Virus record (IMG/VR): IMGVR_UViG_3300022666_000045 | Span: 1-37,310 of that record | Reading direction: 5' to 3' (one strand) | Source: a virus | Lineage: Duplodnaviria > Caudoviricetes | Length of the DNA stretch: 37,310 bases | Shown: in pieces, positions 7,234-16,834 of the stretch | Layout of the letters: every line of letters starts with the position of its first letter | Numbering within the stretch: the first letter of the stretch is position 1 | The notes under the pieces: generated by a model | Told to the model about the DNA's origin: nothing | Seen by the model: only the letters and a program-made list of their open reading frames with translations | Databases searched by the model: none | Made by a program: the position numbers and the translations under genes

Positions 7234-8444
7234 ACTATTCAATTTTTGACGCGTGCTTCTCGGAGAACAGGCAATCCGGGCGCGGCATGTCTGCCGCATA
7301 TTTGGCGTGGGAGCTAGGGAGACATGGGCTGCAGGAATGCCAGATCGACAAATCTGATTGCATTTTGGCAACATGCCAATCTACTGAGGCGACAGATGCT
7401 ATCAGGGGATTGCGCCGCAAATATCCAGATAAGATCATCGTTTGCGGTGGCGCTGCGTCAACTAGTCCGTATTCCATAGGAAAATTCTGCGATGTTGTTT
7501 GTGTTGGCGACGGGCAAAAATTTTTGTCTGTTCTGTTTGAACATGGTATTAGGGCGGCGGCGCAACTCCCAAATGCATGGGTAGATGGAGAGTCAAGGCG
7601 CGTTGAGATAGATCAGGGTTTCCCGTGGGATATGCCACCTATTCAGGCAGAGGATGGCGCATATCGTATATGGTGCGGGCGCGGATGCAAACACAAATGC
7701 AGGTTCTGCCAAACCGGATGGGCCTACCGTTACTCAGAAAATCCAAACCCGTCAACGGTGGTATCACAGGCAAATACGCTGCTCGGACAGCGCAAAAAAA
7801 TAGCCTATCTGTCAAATGATTTGTCGCAGCACAGTTTTTACAGAGCGCTTCCGGCAACGGAGCATGGGTCATACAGCGTTTCGTTCTTAAAAAAAACAGG
7901 GTCGCTGCCGCCGGCGAGGCAAATACGTCTAGGCGTTGAGGGCGTTTCCGATAGGTTGCGCAAATGCGTCTCAAAACCAATCAGCGACCTAGATTTGTTG
8001 GGTTGCACGCGATGGCTAAACGCCAACGGAAAGAGCGTTAGATGGTTCATGATTGCCGGTTTGCCTGGAGAAACCAGCGAGGATTGGGACGAATTGCGAT
8101 CTATTATTCAACGCTGGAAAATCCAAACATCAAAGGGGGTATTGGCGTTATCGTTTACGGCATTTTGTCCAGACCCGGCGACACCATTTGCTACCGCGGC
8201 GCTAGACGATGGATATTGGCGCAATTTTGAGAAATTCAGGGAATGGTTTTTTGGCGGTCGCGGATGGAGTAATCGTATAAAATTGATGATGCCGCAACAG
8301 CCAGATAGCCGCATGAGGAAGGCCATGCTGTCGATGGGATTGACAGAGGGACAGCTACGCGATGGAGGGCATATGTCTCCAAATGCTCGTCTATTGTATC
8401 CATACGCATCTAATGCGTACAGTGAGGGAACAGCGAATGGCTAA
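7230..8444 (+). CDS. Radical SAM protein with N-terminal cobalamin-binding-like domain
   Basis: RGCKHKCRFC (CxxxCxxC), IIVCGGAASTSP..DVVCVGDGQ, LGVEG and FMIAGLPGET. Confidence 0.88.
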   Translation: MNYSIFDACFSENRQSGRGMSAAYLAWELGRHGLQECQIDKSDCILATCQSTEATDAIRGLRRKYPDKIIVCGGAASTSPYSIGKFCDVVCVGDGQKFLSVLFEHGIRAAAQLPNAWVDGESRRVEIDQGFPWDMPPIQAEDGAYRIWCGRGCKHKCRFCQTGWAYRYSENPNPSTVVSQANTLLGQRKKIAYLSNDLSQHSFYRALPATEHGSYSVSFLKKTGSLPPARQIRLGVEGVSDRLRKCVSKPISDLDLLGCTRWLNANGKSVRWFMIAGLPGETSEDWDELRSIIQRWKIQTSKGVLALSFTAFCPDPATPFATAALDDGYWRNFEKFREWFFGGRGWSNRIKLMMPQQPDSRMRKAMLSMGLTEGQLRDGGHMSPNARLLYPYASNAYSEGTANG

Positions 8445-8805
8445 TCCGCAAAATCTAAAACCATTCAAGCAGGGCGATCCGCGCATCAACCGCAAGGGCA
8501 GACCGAAAAACTTCGATGCCCTGCGCGAACTGGCGCAGGCGATCAGCCACGAGGTAGCGCAGTCTGCGGGCGAACCGATTGTAATTGACGGTCACACAGC
8601 GACTGTGGCTGAAATGATCCTGCGCCAGTGGGCGCAGTCCAAAAACCCGCAGTTACAACGTGCATTTGTCGAATACGCGTTCGGCAAAGTCCCTGAGCGC
8701 CAGGAGCACACCGGGGCGAATGGTACTCCGCTGCTCGGTGGCGTAGAGTCGGCGATCAGGCAGGTATACGGTGACGACAGCGACGGCGACAGTAGCGGCG
8801 ACTAG
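8437..8805 (+). CDS. Probable terminase small subunit (DUF5681-like N-terminus)
   Basis: NLKPFKQGDPRINRKGRPK and QEHTGANG; immediately upstream of TerL. Confidence 0.75.
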   Translation: MANPQNLKPFKQGDPRINRKGRPKNFDALRELAQAISHEVAQSAGEPIVIDGHTATVAEMILRQWAQSKNPQLQRAFVEYAFGKVPERQEHTGANGTPLLGGVESAIRQVYGDDSDGDSSGD

Positions 8806-10177
8806 GCGAATGGCGCGGGTCGCGCGTGATGCTGGCTGCCCGGCAGACCAGTTGATACGATTTGCGCGCGCCGGCTATGTGCCGCAGCCAAAACAACTGC
8901 AATTCCACGCCGCCGCCAGGGCCTGCCAGACAGGCAGGATAGACGAGGTCGGTTTTGGTGGCGCTCGCGGCCCTGGAAAATCTCATGCACTGTTCGCTCA
9001 AATGGCGCTCGATGATTGCCAGCGCATCGCCGGTCTGAAATGCCTGTATCTGCGCAAGGTCGCCCGCCAGGCGCGTGAACAAATCGAGGATTTGCGCCGG
9101 GCTGTGCTGTGGTGCACGCCGCACGATTACCGCAGCCATGACGGCGTGATCACGTTTCCGAACGGATCACGAATACTGATCGGTCATTTTCATGACGAGG
9201 GCGATGTCGATAATTACCTTGGGATCCAATACGACCTGATCGTGATCGAGGAGACCACCACGCTGACGCTGGCGAAATACAAGACGCTGCGCGATAGCAA
9301 CCGCACGTCTCGCCGTGATTGGCGGCCAGCGATCTACAACAGTACGAACCCTGGCGGTGTCGGCCACGCCTGGTACAAAGACAGATTTATCAAGCCGGCG
9401 CGAGAACGCCGGGAGACTACAACACGCTTCGTGTTCGGCACGGTAGACGACAACAAATTTATTGACGCCGGGTATCAGGCGAAGCTTGAGGAAAACACCG
9501 GCTGGAAACTGCGCGCCTATCGATACGGAGATTGGGACATCAGCGCCGGGCAATTTTTCACGAACTGGGATTACAATCGAGTCGTTATCAAACCGTTTGA
9601 CATCCCGTCAGATTGGCCGGTCTGGATGGCGATGGACTACGGCTACAGTCACTATACCGTGGCATACCTGTTTGCGGCGGATGGTGACGGCAATATCTAC
9701 ACCGTCGCAGAACATGCAGAGCGCGGCCAGCTACCGGATTACCACGCCAGCCAGATCAAATCCATGCTGGCGCGGCGCGGTCTGTCTCTCAGCCATCTGC
9801 GCCGGTTCGTCGCTGGCTCGGATGTATTTGCCGCTCGTGGCACAGTGCAGACCATCGCAGAGCAATATGCCGCGCTCGGTATCTATCTCAACCCGGCGCA
9901 GATGGACAGGATCAACGGCGCTGGCCGTATCCTGGCGCTGCTCGGCGATGCAGACCGCGGCGTCAAAAATCGCGTGTACGTGTTCGATACGTGCGCACGC
10001 CTGATCGACTGCGTACCGACGATGGAGCACGACCCGAACCGGCCGGAGGACGTGTTGAAGGTCGACACGGACGAGGATGGCATAGGCGGAGATGATGCAT
10101 ATGACGCCTGGCGCTATGGCGTCATGGAGCAGATTACCCCGCGCGGCAATCAGACTGACCCGTTTGCGGGATGGTGA
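8771..10177 (+). CDS. terL: Terminase large subunit
   Basis: Walker A GGARGPGKS, Walker B IVIEE, STNPGG, and nuclease motifs AMDYG and DDAYDAWRY. Confidence 0.95.
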   Translation: MTTATATVAATRRMARVARDAGCPADQLIRFARAGYVPQPKQLQFHAAARACQTGRIDEVGFGGARGPGKSHALFAQMALDDCQRIAGLKCLYLRKVARQAREQIEDLRRAVLWCTPHDYRSHDGVITFPNGSRILIGHFHDEGDVDNYLGIQYDLIVIEETTTLTLAKYKTLRDSNRTSRRDWRPAIYNSTNPGGVGHAWYKDRFIKPARERRETTTRFVFGTVDDNKFIDAGYQAKLEENTGWKLRAYRYGDWDISAGQFFTNWDYNRVVIKPFDIPSDWPVWMAMDYGYSHYTVAYLFAADGDGNIYTVAEHAERGQLPDYHASQIKSMLARRGLSLSHLRRFVAGSDVFAARGTVQTIAEQYAALGIYLNPAQMDRINGAGRILALLGDADRGVKNRVYVFDTCARLIDCVPTMEHDPNRPEDVLKVDTDEDGIGGDDAYDAWRYGVMEQITPRGNQTDPFAGW

Positions 10178-10184
10178 GGTATAC

Positions 10185-11585
10185 ATGAGTATCATTGATG
10201 ACTATCTGATTGCGCCGCTGGCGCGCCGGCTGGCCGAACGCCTGGAACGAGACCGGGATGACGTTGAAAAATCTCGCGCCTATCGCGTCGGCGTCCAGCC
10301 GCCATCGCTGCGTGTTGTTGCCGGAGGAGCGAACGACAACACAACGATCAACCTGTGCGGTCTGATTGCGGATCGGATTGTATCCGGCCTGCTCGGTCGC
10401 GGTATTGAGTTCGACCTACCAGGCGATGAGGAAACGCAGGAGAGCCAATACATCGATCTGGTTTGGAGCGCCAACAAACAGCCAATATTGCTGCACAAAG
10501 CCGCGCTCAACGCATCGGATGCAGGAACCGGATATCTGATGATCGTTCCTGGCGGCCTGCAATTGGATGACGGCACATTGTTACCGCGACTGGTGGCGAC
10601 AGACCCGGCGTTGGTTGAGATGGAGTCATTGCCGGATGACTACGAAACCGTGATCCGCTATACGATCACGTACCAGGTCACACAGGATGATGTCGACATG
10701 ATGACAGACGCCATCTATCGGCGATACATCATCGAACATGTAGCGCCAGACATTGACGAAGCCGGCAACCAGTCTGGCGGAAACACCTGGCAGACCGTCT
10801 ACCAGGTGCGCGACAAATCCACCGCCTGGAACTGGCAGACCGTGCAGGTCATTCCCTGGCCGTACACGTTCCCGCCAATCATCCACTGGCAAAACCTGCC
10901 TGCCGGAAATTCGGTCTACGGCCGCCCGGACATCACGCCAGATGTGCAGCACGTCCAGGATCGGTACAATTTTGCGGCGAGTAACATTCAGAAAATAATC
11001 AGGTTGTACGCACACCCCTTGCGTTGGGCGCGTGGGATCAGCGCACAATCCGTATTACAGATGGGGCCTGACAAACTCCTGAGCCTGGACGGCCCTACCG
11101 CCGAGATCGGCCAAATGGAGCAACTCGGCGATCTGTCGGCTGCGCAGTCGTTTGCGGCTACCCTGCGCAAATCCATGTTCGACGTCACGCGCACTGTTGA
11201 CACCGACAGCATGGCGGACAAAGTTGGAGCATTGACCAATTTTGGCCTGCGTGTGCTCTATCAGGATTTTCTCGCCATGATCGGCACAAAACGGGAATTG
11301 CTAGGCGATGCGCTGATCGAGATCAATCACCGCCTATTAGTGCTGGCCGGGTTCGCCAACACAGACGGCGGCGATATCATCTGGCCCGACCCGCTGCCGG
11401 TGAACGATGCTGAGGTAAGCGCCAGCATTGCCAACGATCTGGCAAATAAACTGGTCAGCCGCCAGACCGCAGCCATGCGGCGCGGCTACGATTGGGAACA
11501 GGAACAGGAACGGATCGACGCCGAAGCCGCCGCCGCGGACAATATCGGCGCGCAGCTTTTACGATCGTTCAACCAGGGCCTATAA
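10185..11585 (+). CDS. Portal protein (SPP1 gp6-like)
   Basis: Position after TerL, size, PIIHWQN..YGRPDI and IIWPDPLP; GAGGT RBS. Confidence 0.88.
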   Translation: MSIIDDYLIAPLARRLAERLERDRDDVEKSRAYRVGVQPPSLRVVAGGANDNTTINLCGLIADRIVSGLLGRGIEFDLPGDEETQESQYIDLVWSANKQPILLHKAALNASDAGTGYLMIVPGGLQLDDGTLLPRLVATDPALVEMESLPDDYETVIRYTITYQVTQDDVDMMTDAIYRRYIIEHVAPDIDEAGNQSGGNTWQTVYQVRDKSTAWNWQTVQVIPWPYTFPPIIHWQNLPAGNSVYGRPDITPDVQHVQDRYNFAASNIQKIIRLYAHPLRWARGISAQSVLQMGPDKLLSLDGPTAEIGQMEQLGDLSAAQSFAATLRKSMFDVTRTVDTDSMADKVGALTNFGLRVLYQDFLAMIGTKRELLGDALIEINHRLLVLAGFANTDGGDIIWPDPLPVNDAEVSASIANDLANKLVSRQTAAMRRGYDWEQEQERIDAEAAAADNIGAQLLRSFNQGL

Positions 11586-11597
11586 CGGAGGTGCAAA

Positions 11598-12125
11598 ATG
11601 TTTCGTGACATGCAGATTGCAGGCGAGGTGCTCAAACACGAGAACGGATACACGGGAGGTATCGAGTTTGTGCGCGGCCTGGTACACGAGGGCCGCATGA
11701 ATTACCTGAACGCCTATTTTGCCAGCGTCGCAAACGGCGGCACAGTTGACATTGCATTCGTGTGCGGCGCCGCTGTGCCGAGAGCTACAGCCGCCATCGC
11801 GACGGGAGGCGAGTGCAAAACGGAACTGTATCGCGGCGCGACTGTGACAGGCGGCACAGTCGTACCGATCTACAACGCAGACGACAATCTAGATTATTCC
11901 GGCTCTGCATCTGTCTATCACAGCCCGTCCGTTTCCGCCGCCGGATCACTGATTGCACAGGGCTATATCGCTGGAGGATCAGGCGGAAACGCCGTAGGCA
12001 ATGTCGTGCAAATGGACAGTGAGCGGGCGCTGAGGCCTGACACAACCTACCTGCGCCGGATAATCAATATGTCTGGAAAATCGATTGAAATTTGTTATTC
12101 GGTCGAATTCTACGAGGTGGCGTAA
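11598..12125 (+). CDS. hypothetical virion-associated protein (Gly/Ser-rich)
   Basis: GGAGGT RBS; located in the head module. Confidence 0.65.
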   Translation: MFRDMQIAGEVLKHENGYTGGIEFVRGLVHEGRMNYLNAYFASVANGGTVDIAFVCGAAVPRATAAIATGGECKTELYRGATVTGGTVVPIYNADDNLDYSGSASVYHSPSVSAAGSLIAQGYIAGGSGGNAVGNVVQMDSERALRPDTTYLRRIINMSGKSIEICYSVEFYEVA

Positions 12126-13118
12126 TTGCCGAACACCGCACTCATTGACCAGGCCGCACGCTATCGCACCGCGCTGGAGCGCAGCGACGCCGAGACCATG
12201 CGCAAACTGGCGGATGCGTACAATGTCATCTATCGCCGGCTTCTCGGAGACATCGACGCATTGTCGCTCGAACTGGCTGCGCTTGACAATCCGACGCGCG
12301 AGCAGGTCAAACAGCTACAACGCTACCGCCGCCTATTGACCGATACCGCAGAGCAGCTCAACCGCTATGGCGTGTACGTAGATACCGAGAGCAGCGCAGC
12401 ATCGCGCCTGGCAGTGGAGGTCGCGCTGAGAGATACGCGTACCCTGGCGCGCCTGTCTGCCGGCACTGACGCAATCCTGGCCGAGTGGAAAACGCTCAAC
12501 CCGCAGGTGGTTGAGACGCTAACAGGGTACCTGGACGACACCGGGCCGTTGTACAAGGCCATCAGACAGATAGCGCCGGACACCGTGCAGTCTGTCGCCG
12601 ATGCAATCCTGGAGGGTGTCGGCTATGGCCGCAACCCAAAGGACATAGCGACCCGCATCACGAACGCGCTTGGGATGGGCCTGACCGACTCAATGCGCCT
12701 TGCGCGCACGGTGCAAATCTACAGCTACCGCGAGGCCAGCCGCGCCAATTACATTGCCAACAGCGATATTGTCATAGGCTGGTGGTGGATGTCGGCGCTT
12801 AAATCCGAGACCTGCGTATCATGTATCGCCATGCACGGCACATTTCACGGGCTCGACGAAACGCTGAACGACCATTATAACGGCCTGTGCACGGCTGTAC
12901 CCGCAACCGTCACCAACGAGAAAACGCCATTTGCGCAGACCGGCGAGCAATGGTTTGAAAGCCTGAGCGCCGGCGACCAGCGCGCGTATATGGGGCCTGG
13001 GCGATACGACGCCTGGAAGGCTGGCAAATTCTCGTTCTCGGATTTGACAACGACGCATGATGATGACGTGTTTGGCGAGATGCGCACCGCCACGCCGTTG
13101 AAGGACTTGGAAAGTTGA
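12126..13118 (+). CDS. Minor head protein (SPP1 gp7/Mu gpF-like)
   Basis: RLARTV, WxWMSA..TCVSCIAMHG..HYNGLC. Confidence 0.85.
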   Translation: MPNTALIDQAARYRTALERSDAETMRKLADAYNVIYRRLLGDIDALSLELAALDNPTREQVKQLQRYRRLLTDTAEQLNRYGVYVDTESSAASRLAVEVALRDTRTLARLSAGTDAILAEWKTLNPQVVETLTGYLDDTGPLYKAIRQIAPDTVQSVADAILEGVGYGRNPKDIATRITNALGMGLTDSMRLARTVQIYSYREASRANYIANSDIVIGWWWMSALKSETCVSCIAMHGTFHGLDETLNDHYNGLCTAVPATVTNEKTPFAQTGEQWFESLSAGDQRAYMGPGRYDAWKAGKFSFSDLTTTHDDDVFGEMRTATPLKDLES

Positions 13119-13142
13119 CAAACGTGATACAATAGATATACA
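13115..13142 (+). promoter_or_regulatory. Possible promoter for the scaffold/capsid genes
   Basis: TTGACA at 13115 and TGnTACAAT at 13125-13133; the pairing of elements is ambiguous. Confidence 0.4.
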
Positions 13143-13167
13143 CACATTGTACAGGAGCAAAACAAAC

Positions 13168-13683
13168 ATGGATCAACAGCCAGAGATTGGCAAAATCGAA
13201 GCGCCGGCAGGGATTGCCGCGCAAAACCCGCCGGCCGCACAGGCCACCGAGATGGTGAGCATGAGCGCCGCGGAATTGGAGCAGTTACGATCAGCACTGA
13301 AACAGGCGAACGCCGAGGCCGCCAAACGCCGGAAGGAATTGGAGGCGGTCGAGGCCGACCGGAAAGCGAAGGCTGAGGCCGAGATGACCGAATTGCAGCG
13401 CGCGCAGCAGCGCATGGCAGAACTGGAGCAAGCGCTCCGGCAACGTGACATCGCTGATTTGCAGCGCGCCGCAGCCGAGAAGGCCGGCATCCCTACCGCG
13501 CTCGCCTCCCGCCTGCACGGCGCAACCGCCGAGGAGATCGAGGCGGACGCCGCAGAGTTGGTGAAACTGCTCGCCATCAGCAAACCACAACCGCAGGCCG
13601 CAGCCGTGGCCGCGAATCCTGGCCCTGCCGCAACGCAGGTGCGGGAGAGCGACGCCGAACGCCGCCGCAGGTTGGGTATCTAG
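13168..13683 (+). CDS. Capsid scaffolding protein
   Basis: Coiled coil, ANAEAAKRR, and RLHGATAEEIEADA; precedes the capsid gene. Confidence 0.85.
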   Translation: MDQQPEIGKIEAPAGIAAQNPPAAQATEMVSMSAAELEQLRSALKQANAEAAKRRKELEAVEADRKAKAEAEMTELQRAQQRMAELEQALRQRDIADLQRAAAEKAGIPTALASRLHGATAEEIEADAAELVKLLAISKPQPQAAAVAANPGPAATQVRESDAERRRRLGI

Positions 13684-13692
13684 GAGCGTATT

Positions 13693-14568
13693 ATGACTAT
13701 GACGTACCAAATCAACCAATGGTCGGATGTCTCGGCCATTGCCAACGCGATGCAGGATGATGCGATTTTCATCATCCGTCAGACCGCGCTCATGCCGTCA
13801 CTGGTCACCGTGTTGACTGACGCCACCGGGATGAACCCGCGCAAAGGCTACAAATACGGGTCTGGCACTATCAGTCAGGTCTCGGACGGTGACGACCTGG
13901 CATCTCAGGCGTTCACCCCGGCGCTGGATCAGACCCTGACGCCGTACGAGTACGGTATGCAGTATTTCGTCACCGACGCCCGCGCCGAGAGCGAGCTGCC
14001 GGAGTCGATCATGACCGATGCCACCCGCGACTTGAGTTTTGCGGCCGTGGATAAAATTGAGACGCTGTTGTGCGGCGACATGGCGTCGCTGACCGGTGGC
14101 ACTGTCGGCACTGCCGGGACTGCCATCACCTGGGGCTATGTGAGCGCCGCGATTGCCCGCGCCCGCAATGCCAACAAATCGAACAGTGTTCCGCTGTCCG
14201 TCGTGATCCACGTCTACCAGGCCGCCGTGCTCGCCAAATCCGCCAGCATTGCTGGTGCAACCACGGTTGCCGCAACCGGTGTCGCCGATCAGGTGACTCG
14301 CCAGGGCATTACGCAGGCGTTCACGTTCATGGGGGTTCCTGTCTATCAGGTGTTCGCCTCGCCAGACGCCAATGACGATTTCACCGGTGGCGTATTCCCG
14401 CGTGAGGCGTTGGCGCTCGACTGGCGTCGGCCTGTGCGGATCGTCCCGCAGCGTGATGAGAGCCGGCGCGGTACCGAGTTCAACATGTCGCTCGTCATCG
14501 CTCACGGCGTCTGGCGCCCTGACCGTGGCGTCAAAATGGTATTCGACGCAACTGCGCCGACCAGTTAA
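13693..14568 (+). CDS. Major capsid protein
   Basis: Position, 291 aa, strong RBS, and C-terminal QRDES..HGVWRPDRGV pattern. Confidence 0.85.
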   Translation: MTMTYQINQWSDVSAIANAMQDDAIFIIRQTALMPSLVTVLTDATGMNPRKGYKYGSGTISQVSDGDDLASQAFTPALDQTLTPYEYGMQYFVTDARAESELPESIMTDATRDLSFAAVDKIETLLCGDMASLTGGTVGTAGTAITWGYVSAAIARARNANKSNSVPLSVVIHVYQAAVLAKSASIAGATTVAATGVADQVTRQGITQAFTFMGVPVYQVFASPDANDDFTGGVFPREALALDWRRPVRIVPQRDESRRGTEFNMSLVIAHGVWRPDRGVKMVFDATAPTS

Positions 14569-14582
14569 CAGGAGCGTGCAAA

Positions 14583-14942
14583 ATGGCTGATACGTTTGAT
14601 GTGAATGTTGTTTGTCTCGGCAACGTCGGCGCGCTCTCCAACGGGAGCCGCGCAATGGCGCAATTGCCTGCTACTGGCGGCGCGATCACCGTGCTCAATG
14701 CCAATGTTGTGTCTGGCGGAGCCGGCACGACCTCGCTGTACCTGGTCGACATGGGTACCGCCGGAACGTCGGTGAGCGGTACTATCGCCTCGTTTCCTGG
14801 GACTGTGGCCGCAGGGCCGAACACCGGCACGCTGGTTACCGCCGTCGTCGAGGGCGGGCACTGGATCGGGATTTACGAGGCGAATGCCGGGGCCGCTAAC
14901 GCGGTTACCGTGCCGTCATTCTCGTACCTGATGGGCAAATAG
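14583..14942 (+). CDS. Probable capsid decoration/cement protein
   Basis: Small beta-rich G/T/A protein directly after the capsid gene. Confidence 0.55.
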   Translation: MADTFDVNVVCLGNVGALSNGSRAMAQLPATGGAITVLNANVVSGGAGTTSLYLVDMGTAGTSVSGTIASFPGTVAAGPNTGTLVTAVVEGGHWIGIYEANAGAANAVTVPSFSYLMGK

Positions 14943-14961
14943 CCAATATCGGTAGTCCAAA

Positions 14962-15039
14962 ACGGGCGGCTAGCGTGCGCACGCGAAAACGGGACACCCT
15001 CCCCCGCTGCCGCCCGTCACACCGGAGGGATCGGAGGGT
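14962..15039 (+). promoter_or_regulatory. Structured leader with an anti-SD upstream of the glycosyltransferase
   Basis: Stem 14962-14975/15005-15017; the internal ACCCTCC (14996-15002) is complementary to the SD GGAGGGT (15033-15039). Confidence 0.55.
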
Positions 15040-15044
15040 ATCGT

Positions 15045-16223
15045 ATGAAAATCCATTGGCTTAGCAACGCACCCTGGGCCGCAACCGGCTACGGCAATCA
15101 AACCGCGGTGTTCGTTCCGCGCATCCACAAACAGCATCCCGTATCTATCACGGCATTTTATGGCCTGGATGGTGGCGTGCTCAACATGGATGGCGTCATG
15201 GTCTACCCGAAGGCCACGCACCCATACGGCCAGGACATTGCCGCCGCCAACGCCCGCAACAACGATGCGCGCGTCATTATTTCGCTGATGGACTCCTGGG
15301 TCTGTGATCCGCGCATGTTGCAGAGCGACGGTATGCTGTGGGCACCGTGGTATCCGGTCGATATGGAGCCTCTGCCGCGCCCGATCCGTGACAATATTTC
15401 TCAGGCATTTGCGCGCATCGCCATGAGCCGCTTCGGTGAGCGCATGACCAACGAAGCCGGGCTGAACTGTTATTATGTTCCGCATGGCGTTGACCAGCGC
15501 ATCTACCGCCCGCTACCGCGCGCTGAGGCGCTGGAACGGCTGCATTGGCCGAATGATCGGTTCACGGTCTCAATGGTCGCCGCCAATCAGGGAAATCCGT
15601 CGCGCAAATCGTTTCAGCAGGCGCTCGAAGCGTTTGCAATGCTGGCTGCAAAACACGATGATGCTCACCTGTACCTGCACACGAACAAATCAGAGCACGG
15701 GGAGCGCGCCGGGGTCAACCTGCCTGAGATCGTCCGGCATCTCGGCATCGAAAAACACGTCTCATTTCCTGACCAGTACGCCTACGCCATGAGCCTGTAC
15801 CCGCCATATTATCTGTGCGATGTATACAACGCGTCCGATGCGCACATGCTGCCATCGATGGGGGAGGGGTTCGGCATCCCAACGCTGGAGGCGCAGGCGT
15901 GCGGCTGCCCGGTGATCGTCGGCGATTGGACGGCATCGAGCGAACTGTGTTTTAGCGGGTGGAAAATCCCAAAGTCGGAGTCTACGCCGTTCTGGACGCC
16001 ACTGGCCGCGTATCAGTACATTGTGCACACCGGCGCACTGTACGAACGCCTTGAGGCTGCGTATCAGATGCGTGGCAATGAGGATTATCGCCGGCGCGCG
16101 GTCGATGGGGCCAAACCGTATCATGCTGATCGTGTGCTCGAAAAATACTGGCTGCCGGTGCTGGCCGATATTGAGGCCAACATCAACGAGCGCCTGACGT
16201 TTGACCAGGCGGTGCGGGCATGA
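15045..16223 (+). CDS. GT-B fold glycosyltransferase (GT4-like)
   Basis: TGYG, VPHGVD, RKS and PSMGEGFGIPTLEAQACGCPVI. Confidence 0.93.
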   Translation: MKIHWLSNAPWAATGYGNQTAVFVPRIHKQHPVSITAFYGLDGGVLNMDGVMVYPKATHPYGQDIAAANARNNDARVIISLMDSWVCDPRMLQSDGMLWAPWYPVDMEPLPRPIRDNISQAFARIAMSRFGERMTNEAGLNCYYVPHGVDQRIYRPLPRAEALERLHWPNDRFTVSMVAANQGNPSRKSFQQALEAFAMLAAKHDDAHLYLHTNKSEHGERAGVNLPEIVRHLGIEKHVSFPDQYAYAMSLYPPYYLCDVYNASDAHMLPSMGEGFGIPTLEAQACGCPVIVGDWTASSELCFSGWKIPKSESTPFWTPLAAYQYIVHTGALYERLEAAYQMRGNEDYRRRAVDGAKPYHADRVLEKYWLPVLADIEANINERLTFDQAVRA

Positions 16224-16834
16224 CGCAGAGTGATGCTATCCTGATCCAGCACGCCTACAGCGGTAGTGATTACAGCCGCATGTTGGCGCAATTCTACGCG
16301 CGCCATAGTGAGTATTGCGGCCTGTGGCATATTGACTATCAGTGCTATGTCGGCGATGTGATCCAGTTAGACCCGCGCCTGGGCGGTTGGGCAAAAATCC
16401 ATCTGATCCGTGAGGCGCTGGTACGCGGATACCAGCGCGTAATCTACTGTGACGCAGACGCGTTCGTGTATGATTTCCGGTCTGACATCCGCGACGGCTG
16501 CCCGCAAGCGCCTGGGTTTGGCGTGACGTGGCACGAGCGCCCGGAACGTCACTGGAACGTCGGGATGCTCTACGTCACCGCCGGACTGCAAACGAATGAA
16601 TTTATCCGCGAGTGGCTGCGGCGTGCTCCAGGTGAGGATGCATGGCATGAGCAGCGGATTTTCAATACGATGGCGACCGAGGATGCGTACCGCGAGACAG
16701 TATGCACTATTGCGGCGAAGTGGAATTCGTGCTATGCTAATAACGAGGTCGCTGACGCAGTCGTGAAATCCTATCACGGTGCAGGATCGGCGCAGGAACG
16801 GTTATCGCTCATGAGAGAGGCTGCAAAATGTTGA
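16220..16834 (+). CDS. GT-A glycosyltransferase (GT34/GMA12-MNN10-like)
   Basis: WAKI, YCDADA (DxD), WNVGM, WHEQ and WNS. Confidence 0.8.
   Translation: MTQSDAILIQHAYSGSDYSRMLAQFYARHSEYCGLWHIDYQCYVGDVIQLDPRLGGWAKIHLIREALVRGYQRVIYCDADAFVYDFRSDIRDGCPQAPGFGVTWHERPERHWNVGMLYVTAGLQTNEFIREWLRRAPGEDAWHEQRIFNTMATEDAYRETVCTIAAKWNSCYANNEVADAVVKSYHGAGSAQERLSLMREAAKC

Noticed and set aside
13798-14655. Long antisense ORFs (also 20938-21831, 34669-35400, 19041-19754 and 36238-37260)
   Set aside because: These are shadows of well-supported genes in GC-rich DNA, with no RBS or motifs.
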